Source: an uncultured Chroococcidiopsis sp. (GTDB taxonomy: Bacteria; Cyanobacteriota; Cyanobacteriia; Cyanobacteriales; Chroococcidiopsidaceae). From it: a stretch of DNA of 36,871 bases. Each line of letters begins with the position of its first letter. Position 1 is the stretch's first letter. Where the stretch lies: positions 1-36,871 of the forward strand of contig CAXTYC010000042.1 in assembly GCA_964248365.1 (NCBI GenBank). The letters run 5' to 3'. This document shows positions 22,662 through 31,752 of the stretch, piece by piece. A program made the position numbers and the translations under genes. A model generated the notes under the pieces. The model searched no databases. It saw only the letters and a list, made by a program, of their open reading frames with translations, and was not told the DNA's origin.

Positions 22662-23708
22662 ATGAAACGACCTTCGTTTCGGCTGCGGATTGCCCTACTG
22701 TCGGCGGCTCTAGCTGGAAGCGCACTAGTAGGATTTGGCGCAGTCTCTTGGTTTCAGATTTACAATGCTCAGATCAACCGCCTCGATGCAGAACTGGTCA
22801 ATCAGTTGATGCGGGTAAACCGTTCACCTGAGCCAGAGCAATGGCAATTCTATAGAGACTCATTACCTTACGCTTTAAGAATAGATACAAAAATCCCTAT
22901 AGCTCTGCTGGTGCTTGATTCCAACGGCAATACACTTTATCAGTCCAACTGTGTGCCAGCCGATTTAGATATAAATCGTCTGCTGGCTCAAAGCCTTCGG
23001 TTGACACCGCCTGCTCCCCCGCCGCCGCCTGACCAAACTGCTTTACCACCCCGTTTAGAGCCGTTGGGAAGCGATCGCCCACGCCCTATTCGTCCGCCCT
23101 TGCCCCGATTTACTACCGAGCAAACAAAGACGGGAGCTTGGCGGATTGGAGCAGCTAACTTTCCCCATGTTCGGATTGCGATCGCCGTTAGCCTGCAAGC
23201 CGTCAATCAAGAGATGGCTACTATTGGCAATATCTTCCTTGTTTCAATTTCTGGAGCCTTGCTGCTGGTTGCTTCTGGAGCATGGTTAGTGTCTGGTAGT
23301 GCCTTGCGTCCCATCCGCCAATTAACAGGCATTATTCAACAGGTGACAGTCAAAGGACTAGATCAGCGGATTGGGATAGGTACAACCGATGTTGAATTTG
23401 TCGAACTGATTCAAGTGTTTAACCAAATGCTGTCACGCCTGGAACGCAGTTTTACACAAGCCTCCCGCTTCAGTGCTGATGCCGCTCACGAACTAAAAAC
23501 CCCGCTGACCATTCTGCAAGGGGAACTGGAACGAACGCTGCCACAAGTTGACCCTGGATGTGTTGTGCAACAGCGCTTAAGCAACTTGTTGGATGAAGTG
23601 CGCCGCTTGAGTGGAATTATGCGGAAACTCTTGCTACTGTCTCTAGCAGGTGCGGGGGCGCGACAAGTAATGGAACAAAAAATGGCAATAAGCCATGTAT
23701 ATACATAA
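22662..23708 (+). pseudogene. Sensor histidine kinase truncated by MITE (HATPase domain missing)
   Basis: TM-HAMP-HisKA (DAAHELKTPL), then runs into the MITE at 23655; last ~17 codons are MITE-derived. Confidence 0.9.
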
Positions 23709-23842
23709 TTCCCTCAGTATATACATGGTAGAAATAGAGCAAAAGCCAATAAGAACCTGCCCTACGCCGCTGCACTAAACCACTTTACGTGTATGCATTA
23801 CAGGCTTATTACGGTTTTCTGTTCCGATGATTGTTGTACCCC
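23655..23842 (+). mobile_element. 188-bp Tn3-family-derived MITE, copy 1
   Basis: Ends GGGGCGCGACAAGTAATGGAACAAAAAATGGCAATAAG and (reverse strand) GGGGTACAACAATCATCGGAACAGAAAACCGTAATAAG, both 38 bp GGGG...TAAG. Confidence 0.88.
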
Positions 23843-23844
23843 AT

Positions 23845-23904
23845 ATATTAGATGAAATTGCAGATGAGATAAGGAACGGAAGATTTCCACCTTCAGCTCC
23901 ATAA
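23845..23904 (+). pseudogene. C-terminal remnant of a probable polymorphic toxin (AHH-nuclease-like tip)
   Basis: ILDEIADEIRNGRFPPSAP* directly upstream of an Imm11-like gene, cut by the MITE. Confidence 0.45.
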
Positions 23905-23924
23905 GATAAAAGGAGGCAAAATTA

Positions 23925-24470
23925 ATGAATTTGTATCATCCAATTCCAGATTCTGATACTTACGATTGTCTTAATTATATCAATCCAAAAGATTGGAAAA
24001 TGCTTGCATACTTCCTGGGATATGAACAATACTACGATGATACATTTCCTCACGTTTGGAGACCAATTGTTGTTGAAATTGAGCGAAGGAGTAAGTCTAG
24101 TGATTTTCCCTCATTATCGGGTCACGATCTTATATTTAGTGAAAAAGCTTGGCAGATTTTACAACCACTTATCGAAAAAAGTGTGGAGTTATTGCCACTG
24201 AAATGTGACTCTGGTCATTATAGTGTTATCAAAGTGGTTGATGTTGTAGATTGCTTAGACTATTCACGTGCAAAACTCAAGAGATTTAGTAGCAGTGGTC
24301 GTGTAATGAAGATAGAGTCTTATGCTTTCAAAGACGAGTGTATAGGTGATAGGAATATTTTTCAATTGCCTGAACCAAAGACAATTCTTGTCTCACAAGC
24401 TTTCAAGGATTGTATTGAGAAGAATGGGTTAAAGGGTTTGATTTTCCAACAGGTCGCCTGTTCGTATTAG
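23925..24470 (+). CDS. Imm11/DUF1629-like immunity protein
   Basis: AGGAGG RBS; SDFP..., FSEKA..ILQPLI..., ELLPL, VDCLDY, IFQL..., LVSQAFK...NGLKG pattern. Confidence 0.75.
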   Translation: MNLYHPIPDSDTYDCLNYINPKDWKMLAYFLGYEQYYDDTFPHVWRPIVVEIERRSKSSDFPSLSGHDLIFSEKAWQILQPLIEKSVELLPLKCDSGHYSVIKVVDVVDCLDYSRAKLKRFSSSGRVMKIESYAFKDECIGDRNIFQLPEPKTILVSQAFKDCIEKNGLKGLIFQQVACSY

Positions 24471-24773
24471 TCTGATTTATTCCAAAAGTCCTGTTAGTTA
24501 GTCTCCCTGTAAAACAAATCCCCCAATTGCTTTTTGAAATAGTCATAAATTGAGTGCTAAGTTCAACAATCAACTCTATCAAGCTGGTTCTTTAGCAGTC
24601 TTCTCACTGTACCTACACTAATATGGGGTAAAAGTAGCGAGACTAGACCTCTTGCAAAAGTGTTTTAGTGATCAAGTAGAAAGTTTGGGAAAATCAGCAT
24701 ACTACTCTAAACAATTGTGAGTATTAAAATTGTCAACTCTATAGCAGAGAAAAATTAGCAAATTCTTGATTAT

Positions 24774-24808
24774 GGCGAAAATCTAGGGTTCGTGCGACCA
24801 GGTGCAGC
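24774..24808 (+). repeat. 35-bp inverted repeat, left copy
   Basis: ggcgaaaatctagggttcgtgcgaccaggtgcagc, 31/35 match to the reverse complement of 25611-25645. Confidence 0.85.
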
Positions 24809-24943
24809 TTAGTAAGATGTCAGATTTGTCAACCCCTTTTTTGGGCAGTTTTGATAAGTAATACAAGTCATAACTTTGTCGATAAAAGTACAAACTAGGC
24901 AAAGTATCCTGAAAATATATACCCATGCATGAGGTATTGACCC

Positions 24944-25126
24944 ATGCTACTCGCCATCCCTAAACGTCCGTTTTCGGTAAAGATATATTCTTGCTCTCTA
25001 CCTCCTGCGAAACAATCATGTATAAGAGAACGGGAATACTTACGACCATCAGAAGTAAATGCCATGATTGGCGCAGTGAAAAAAGTAGGTCGGTATGGTG
25101 TTCGGGATGCAGCCATTATTCGATAA
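24944..25126 (+). pseudogene. N-terminal fragment of a FimB/Xer-like tyrosine recombinase
   Basis: REREYLRPSEVNAMIGAVKKVGRYGVRDAAII stops just before the expected L.Y.HGLR box; GAGGT RBS upstream. Confidence 0.75.
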
Positions 25127-25386
25127 ATTTTTGCAGATCGTCCTTGCCAATTGTAATCTGAGTAGGAGCTTTCAGAGATCCCGATTTGATTGGCAATGTA
25201 GGAGATAATGATTTTAGGTATGGATGATTGAGAATCAGGAAACCTGGCGAAAAGTTGAAAATACTTCAACAACAGAGTAAAACCAATTTAATTGCCTCCA
25301 ACTTTGTTTCTGACTAGTTTTAATTCCTGTGGAAGAAGCGTCCAATTTTCAACTAGTTCTTCTGTTTCCCAATGTGGTTTGATCAT
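25118..25386 (-). pseudogene. tnpA: N-terminal fragment of Tn3-family transposase (DUF4158 region) with internal stop
   Basis: MIKPHWETEELVENWTLLPQELKLVRNKVGGN*IGFTLLLKYFQLFARFP...YIANQI...YNWQGRSAKIYR. Confidence 0.8.
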
Positions 25387-25610
25387 TCATCCTCTTGTCA
25401 TCGCTATGAGTTTCTATTCCAAGAGCGAGCATAGGTGAAGAGGTAATCGTAATCTCAGATATTTATCAAAAGTGCAGATTTGGAAATAGTTGTCAACTAC
25501 TCTCAAATAAATATATTTAGAAAACTTATTAATCAATCAAAAAAGCGGGTGTTAGAAGAGAGAGGAACCCAGGGGCTGGAAGCTATACGCCACAATAGTT
25601 TCAGCGATAG

Positions 25611-25645
25611 GTTACACTTGGTCGCACGAACCCTAGATTTTTGCC
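25611..25645 (-). repeat. 35-bp inverted repeat, right copy
   Basis: gttacacttggtcgcacgaaccctagatttttgcc. Confidence 0.85.
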
Positions 25646-25772
25646 TTGTACCAATTAAACTATTTGGATTGTATGAGCCTGAAACCCGCATGGCTAGGCT
25701 ATCAACCCCTGTGCTAAATAGCCTAGTGAATTTTTTTTACATACAACTAAAATGAATTAAACAGCTTAATAA

Positions 25773-25960
25773 GGGGTACAACAATCATCGGAACAGAAAA
25801 CCGTAATAAGCCTGTAATGCATACACGTAAAGTGGTTTAGTGCAGCGGCGTAGGGCAGGTTCTTATTGGCTTTTGCTCTATTTCTACCATGTATATACTG
25901 AGGGAATTATGTATATACATGGCTTATTGCCATTTTTTGTTCCATTACTTGTCGCGCCCC
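25773..25960 (-). mobile_element. 188-bp Tn3-family-derived MITE, copy 2 (inverted)
   Basis: Reverse complement of 23655-23842 with no mismatch seen. Confidence 0.88.
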
Positions 25961-25967
25961 TTGTACT

Positions 25968-26108
25968 CAATTTTATAATGCTGTACAATAACTTATATAA
26001 TAATGGAGTTATAAGCAAAAATGTTTTTAGCGCACAGATTGCCATTATAAAGTAGATTATCACGAAGCCAAGAAAAAGTACAGCCCCTAGCCAAAAAATT
26101 CGGCGACG
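25968..26108 (+). repeat. Right copy of ~142-bp diverged direct repeat
   Basis: Shares blocks caattttat, ataatgg, tttttag.gc, agtaga, aaaagtacagcc and aaaaaattcg with 21521-21662 at matching spacing. Confidence 0.8.
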
Positions 26109-26127
26109 TTGATAAATTTTTGATCGG

Positions 26128-26189
26128 TAGAGGCGGGTTTACTAAAAAGCTTCGATTTTAACCGAGATTTCGGGTTAAACCCGCCCTTA
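26128..26189. mobile_element. 62-bp palindromic MITE-like element (intergenic copy)
   Basis: tagaggcgggttt ... aaacccgccctta, TA-bounded. Confidence 0.7.
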
Positions 26190-26228
26190 CAAATATATTT
26201 CGTGCCAGAGGTCTAGTGAAGTGCGCCC

Positions 26229-27038
26229 CTAGACAAATTGATTGCGATCGCCGATGGTAATTTGCTTGATAGCGTTGAGATCTGGTGGTGTTGTAGAACT
26301 ACCAATTCCCAGCCAGAGTAGATATTCAACATTCCCAGCCGGACCTTGGATCGGCGAACAAGTTAAGCCGCGATAATGCCAGCCAAGTTGTTGGGCGGTT
26401 TGCAAAACCTGAAAAATTGACTGGGCGCGATCGCTCGTGTCGCGGACAACGCCTTTTTTACCCACACGCGATCGCCCGACTTCAAACTGTGGCTTTACCA
26501 ATAATACCGCCTCACGGGGGGGTTGTAGTAGCTGCCATAAAGCAGGCAAAATTTTAGTCAGAGAGATAAACGACACATCTACTACGGCTAAATCAGCTGG
26601 TTCATCTTCTTTGTACAACTCTAGGGGTGTGAGATATCGCAAATTCGTCCGTTCGCGCAAAACTACACGCGGATCATTGCGTAAGCGCCAGTCAACTTGT
26701 CCATAACCCACATCAACGCCGTAAACTCGTGTCGCTCCAGCTTGCAGCAAGCAGTCGGTAAAGCCGCCAGTCGAGATACCACCATCTAAGCAAATTCTGC
26801 CTTGTATATCAATGGCAAATACTTCCAAGGCTTTGGCAAGTTTTTCTCCACCTCTAGAAACAAAAGGCGATCGCGCTTTAATTTCAATATTAGCTGTAGT
26901 TTCGACTTCTGTACCTGGTTTATCTAAAACTTGCCCATTTACAGTCACCTCCCCCGCGCCGATTAGCCTTTGCGCCTGTTGTCGGGACGAGCATAATTCA
27001 CGTTCTACTAATAATATGTCGAGTCGTTGTTTAGCCAA
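26229..27038 (-). CDS. tlyA: TlyA family rRNA 2'-O-methyltransferase
   Basis: S4 domain (KQRLDILLV), VSRGGEKL, STGGFTDCLLQ, DVSFISL, LVKPQFE, GNVEYL. Confidence 0.95.
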   Translation of the reverse strand: MAKQRLDILLVERELCSSRQQAQRLIGAGEVTVNGQVLDKPGTEVETTANIEIKARSPFVSRGGEKLAKALEVFAIDIQGRICLDGGISTGGFTDCLLQAGATRVYGVDVGYGQVDWRLRNDPRVVLRERTNLRYLTPLELYKEDEPADLAVVDVSFISLTKILPALWQLLQPPREAVLLVKPQFEVGRSRVGKKGVVRDTSDRAQSIFQVLQTAQQLGWHYRGLTCSPIQGPAGNVEYLLWLGIGSSTTPPDLNAIKQITIGDRNQFV

Positions 27039-27044
27039 GGAAAT

Positions 27045-27473
27045 TTACTCTTGCGGTAATATCAAATCCATTGCGCGAAAGAGTATTTCTTCGCGGTTAA
27101 CAAGTTGTTCTAATTCTTTTGGTTCATAAGGTCCTTCTTCTACTTCAAGCGAAGCCCTGTCAATTGCATCAGGATATGCTTCCTCTAGGGCTATGCGTAA
27201 TTCCTCTGGAGTTAAATAATAACCCCCTGCTTTACGACGCTTATTCTTCTTTTGAATAGCTCGAATTGAATTGCGAATCGAAACTTCCCAAGAAGCGGTT
27301 GAGCGATTTTCGACTTGCTGCTTAATAAGATGTAAGAGCAAAATTATAGCATAGCTGCCAATAGTACTAATTTTGTCGTCACGGCTCATTTCTTCGAGTT
27401 CTTCAACGATCGCCAGTGCTGCTGGTACATCGCCGAGGAGTAGCAAATCTTTGAGCGTCAGCAATTCTTCCAT
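27045..27473 (-). CDS. DUF29 family protein
   Basis: EELEEMSR.DK, LLLHLIK, SW..SI motifs. Confidence 0.85.
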   Translation of the reverse strand: MEELLTLKDLLLLGDVPAALAIVEELEEMSRDDKISTIGSYAIILLLHLIKQQVENRSTASWEVSIRNSIRAIQKKNKRRKAGGYYLTPEELRIALEEAYPDAIDRASLEVEEGPYEPKELEQLVNREEILFRAMDLILPQE

Positions 27474-27871
27474 AATCAGCGCCGAAATCTTGGGCTACTT
27501 CTATTGTGACCAAAACAGTTATCAGTTGATATGGCTTCTTTCCCCGCATGAACTACAAGCTGCTAGGAGAAACCTGGACACTCGGACGCGATCGCCCTTA
27601 AATTCCTACCTTCGCGCCCTTAGTGTCTAACGCGCTGTCGCGCTAACGGCTTCGCCTTCGCCTGCGGCTGGCGCTTCGCTGGAGTGGTTCGATTCTCTAA
27701 AAAGACAGTAGACACAGCAGTAATATTACTGATACACATAAAATAAATAATACCTACAAACACGATAAAAACAGCAAAATTTCGTTGATTTTGTTCTACA
27801 CATTAGAGTTCCTCTGAAGTTAGGGTTGTATTGATTTTACCTAAATCACCCACTAACTAGGATGAATTAGC

Positions 27872-29266
27872 ATGAACCACAAAGCTGAAACTGATAGTTT
27901 TCTCAAAGATTTAGAGCGAATTGCTCAAGTACGCTTTGAAGTTGCTAGCTGTCTTGGTAGGATAGCTGAAACTATCGAAAAAGCAGAGTTAGAAGGGAAA
28001 AAATCATCTGGTGGCTTTGGTTTAGAAACTCAGATAGAAGACATCAAGTTAGCTAACACTAATTTACGTAAAGGTGTCTTCAGGCTACTGGTTTTAGGAG
28101 ACATGAAAAGAGGTAAAAGTAGCTTTCTCAACGCCTTAATTGGAGAAAACTTATTACCAAGTGATGTGAATCCTTGCACAGCAATATTAACTGTTCTTCG
28201 CTATGGTACAGAAAAAAAAGTTATAGTTTATTTTAATGATGGAAAAAAAAACAGTTAGATTTTGTAGAATTTAAACAATTATATACCATCGCTCCAGCCG
28301 AGGCAAAGAAACTAGAGCATGATAAACAGCAAGCATTTCCTGATGTTGATTATGCCCTGGTAGAATATCCTTTAAGTTTACTAGAAAAGGGTATAGAAAT
28401 TATAGATAGTCCAGGGCTAAATGATACAGAAGCAAGAAACGAATTATCTTTGGGCTATATCAATAATTGTCATGCTATTTTATTTGTATTGAGAGCTTCC
28501 CAGCCTTGCACCCTAGCAGAACGGCGCTATTTAGAAAATTATATCAAACGAGGTTTGTCTGTTTTCTTTCTCATCAATGCTTGGGATCAGATTCGGGAAG
28601 GATTAATCGATCCAGATGACGAATAAGAACTGAAAGAAGCTGAAGAAAAACTGCATCGAGTTTTCAAAGCAAATTTATCAGAATATTGTCTAGTTGATGG
28701 TTTAGATATTTATGATGAGCGAGTTTTTAATATTTCAGCAATTCAAGCATTAAGAAAGCGAAAGAAAGCTCCTTCAGCTTCATTAGAAGGTACTGGTTTT
28801 CTAGAATTTATTTAAGCACTCAATACTTTTTTAACTAAAGAAAGAGGAATTGCAGAACTCCGACAAGCAAGAGCATTAGCACGTCAAACTTACACTCGAA
28901 CTCACGAAGCAGTAGAACGGCGTATTCCCTTATTAGAACAAGATGTCAATCAGTTAAAACAGAAAATAAATTCGGTTGAACCTGAATTCAAAAAATTGAC
29001 TGATATCCGCGATCAATTTCAGCAAGAAATACGTTCTACTAGAGACACTCAAGCACACGCGATCGCTGATTCATTCCGCTCTTATATTTTAAACCTTGGG
29101 ACAACGTTTGAAACTGATTTTTTACGCTATCAACCAGAGCTAAAACTATTTGACTTCTTGAGCAAAAATAAACGCGAAGCCTTCAACGCAGCATTACAAA
29201 CAGCATTCGAGCAATACATCGCTGATAAATTATCTGCTTGAACTTTGAGCGCAGAAAAAGACTTGA
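27872..29266 (+). pseudogene. Bacterial dynamin-like protein (BDLP-type) pseudogene
   Basis: GDMKRGKS, VNPCT, DSPGLND and NAWD motifs; frameshift at A9 run (~28243-28251), stops at ~28624, ~28812 and 29239; C-terminal part missing. Confidence 0.9.
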
Positions 29267-30778
29267 GTGCAGTTTAGTATTGCTGTTTTTGCTCCATTTA
29301 ATTACGGTAAGTCTACGCTGCTAAATGCTATACTAGGCGATCGCACTCTTTCAATCGATCTAATTCCAACGACTGGCGCTGCAATTAAAGTTAAGTATGG
29401 TAAAGAGTTCCAAACTGAGATTACCATGAAAGATGACAGTAAAATCGTTGAAAATGGAACTGATGTTTTAAAACAGTTTGCTATCCTTAATGATGCAAGA
29501 CAGATGCGAAGTGATGTAGCATCAGTTGAAGTAGCTTGTCCTCATCCTCTATTAGCAAATGGTGTAGAATTATTGGAGCTACCTGGGACTAATGATAGAG
29601 AAGCTCAGGATAAATTGGTGCGCGAGCAACTTCTAACAGCAGATTTAATTATTCAGGTTTTGGATGCTCGGAAATTAATGACTTTAGGAGAGAGAGAAAA
29701 TTTACGAGATTGGCTAATTGATAGAGAAATAAAAAGAGTTATTTTTGTGATTAATTTCCTTAATTTAATAGAACCAGAAGAGCAAAAAGAAGTCTACAAT
29801 CGTTTACGTTTTGTTGCAGAAATTTTTCGAGCAGAACTACCATCAGGTATTAGTAATTTGTATCGAGTTGATGCCTTACCTGCTTTAAGAGCCAGACTCA
29901 AAAGCGATGTGTCAGCAGCACATAGTAGCGGAATAGTAATGTTTGAAACTGCGCTGCAAAATATTGTAACGCAGCAACAAGAAAAGTCAGTAATACGTTT
30001 ACCGAGAGTTGTGGCGATCGCCACATTAGTAAAACAAGCTTTGCCAAGTCAAATTCACATTATAAACACAGAAATAGCAGCCTCTGTGCAGAAGCGTAAC
30101 CAGAAAATTCAGATTAAACAACAAGCACAGAAATTACTTAAACAAGGCTTTCAAGCCAGCATATCTGACTTTCAAAGTTTTCTTTCCTTACCAAAACTGC
30201 TAGAACGTTATCAATCTGAACTTGCTTGTGCGTTACAGCAAGGCGAATTTAATAACTGGGAAAAAAAGTTTAAGCCAGTAGTATTAGAGTATCAACAAGC
30301 AATTGGGCGATGGATACAGCAAGCCTGTAACTTTTTTGAGCGAGAATATGTTGAAATATTAATTACATTTCCTGACGCACCAGATGTAATTTTTCCGCCT
30401 CCACCAACGCCTTTAAATCAACCAAGTAGTTCTAGCAGTGGAACCATTGGGGAGTTGAGTCAGTTATTATTTAATACTATTGAAACAGTCTTACTTGAAG
30501 GAACGAATTATATTTTTGGAGAAAACAAAACCAAAGAAAATTCAGAACAATTAGCAGTCTTTCAAAAGCAGGCTACGCAAGCGTATGCAGAAGCGGCTGA
30601 AGATTATCTGCTGCGCTTCAATACTCAAGCTATCTCGACATTGCATCAGTATGAAGAAATAGTAGAAATTATTACTTGTTCATCCGATGAAGAACCCTTA
30701 TATACTAATAAGCAACATCATTTGAAATTGGTAAATAATTTATTAGATAACTTAGAACAAGCATTAGATAGGGAGTAG
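29267..30778 (+). pseudogene. Second dynamin-family protein lacking its native N-terminus (may still be translated)
   Basis: AVFAPFNYGKST P-loop at residue ~6, PTT, ELPGTND (G3 variant); begins abruptly at the junction with the first gene. Confidence 0.7.
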
Positions 30779-30842
30779 GGAGTAGGTGAAAAAGTCTTGC
30801 AACAATCTACTCACTCCTATAATTACTCTTTGAACCTCTTAC

Positions 30843-30880
30843 CTTTGCGTTCTTTGCGTCTTGGCGGTTCGATAAAAAAA
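30843..30880 (-). repeat. Solo copy of the AACCGC-(agaacgc) repeat family
   Basis: ctttgcgttctttgcgtcttggcggttcgataaaaaaa, similar to the GxxExxY flanks and to 36146-36205. Confidence 0.7.
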
Positions 30881-30909
30881 GCGATCGCACAAAATGAGAA
30901 TGCGATCGC
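30874..30909 (-). terminator. apcF terminator whose stem is two HIP1 sites
   Basis: Minus strand agcgatcgca-loop-tgcgatcgc followed by T7, ~25 nt after the apcF stop. Confidence 0.65.
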
Positions 30910-30933
30910 TCTAATGTGCAACTCTGATGCGAA

Positions 30934-31443
30934 TTAAATATCCTGTTCGCTTAATTCACGAGTCATGTAGTCAAATGGCTCATCCACAAAAGAGGTATTT
31001 TCAACCCCAGTTGCGGCTACTTGTGACTTAACAATATCCTTCATAATCTGGATGCCTTGAATCGTGGGACCAATTGGCACACCTAAAGAATTGTAAGTTT
31101 CCCGTAAACCTTGCAATACCCGCTCATCTAACACATCCATACTACCAGCGATCATAGCATAAGTCGCATAGCGCAGGTAGTAATCCATGTCCCGTAAACA
31201 AGCGGCATAGCGGCGGGTAGTATAGGCATTTCCACCAGGACGAATTAATTCTGGCTGTTCATCAAACAGCTGCCTTCCAGCTTGCTTGACAATTTCTGCT
31301 GCATTTGTATTAATTGACGCAGCAGCCCCGACTCGTGCTGTGCCTGTATCAAAGTAAGACTTTAGTCGCTCCATCGCGTTGCGATCGAAATACCGCCCCG
31401 CAATGTCATAAGTTCCAATTAAGCTTGTTATTGCATCCCGCAT
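30934..31443 (-). CDS. apcF: Allophycocyanin beta-18 subunit
   Basis: MRDAITSLI..YD, PGGNAYTTRRYAACLRDMDYYLRY; 169 aa; divergent from glnA. Confidence 0.95.
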   Translation of the reverse strand: MRDAITSLIGTYDIAGRYFDRNAMERLKSYFDTGTARVGAAASINTNAAEIVKQAGRQLFDEQPELIRPGGNAYTTRRYAACLRDMDYYLRYATYAMIAGSMDVLDERVLQGLRETYNSLGVPIGPTIQGIQIMKDIVKSQVAATGVENTSFVDEPFDYMTRELSEQDI

Positions 31444-31710
31444 GAAATTGCTCTCTCTTGTTCCTATCTTTGGTTTGATAATGTTGACCGGACCTGCGCA
31501 CCCTCTCATTCCCCCTGGCGGAGGATGACAGAAGACTAAAGCTTTCTACATCTCTAATCTGTGCTAAGTGTGATTTTAGAGCTTACAAGCAAACCATTGC
31601 TACTTAAGGATTTTATGCCAAAATTGACCCTTATGAGGTAATTTATCTCAACTAACGTTGATTGCAGCTTATTAAGGAAAGGCTAATCTAGGCTGTGAGT
31701 CTTGCCTTTT

Positions 31711-31752
31711 GTTATTTATACTACAAAATTACCTTGGTTCTATCTCTAGGAT
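31711..31752 (+). promoter_or_regulatory. NtcA-activated class II promoter of glnA
   Basis: GTT-N8-TAC (31711-31724, one mismatch to GTA-N8-TAC), then 22 nt, then TAGGAT (TAN3T -10 box). Confidence 0.75.

Noticed and set aside
24895..25272. 125-aa minus-strand ORF as a real gene
   Set aside because: Chimera of the Tn3 transposase fragment and the antisense strand of the recombinase fragment
25480..26055. ORFs 25480-25755 and 25840-26055
   Set aside because: They run through the IR, MITE and direct-repeat DNA and show no recognisable protein features
24644..26216. tagacctcttgca / tgccagaggtcta as ends of one further element
   Set aside because: Short, common cyanobacterial repeat, and the pairing would cross the MITE boundaries
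31444..31509. N-terminal extension of ApcF in the ORF track
   Set aside because: Homology begins at MRDAIT (31443)
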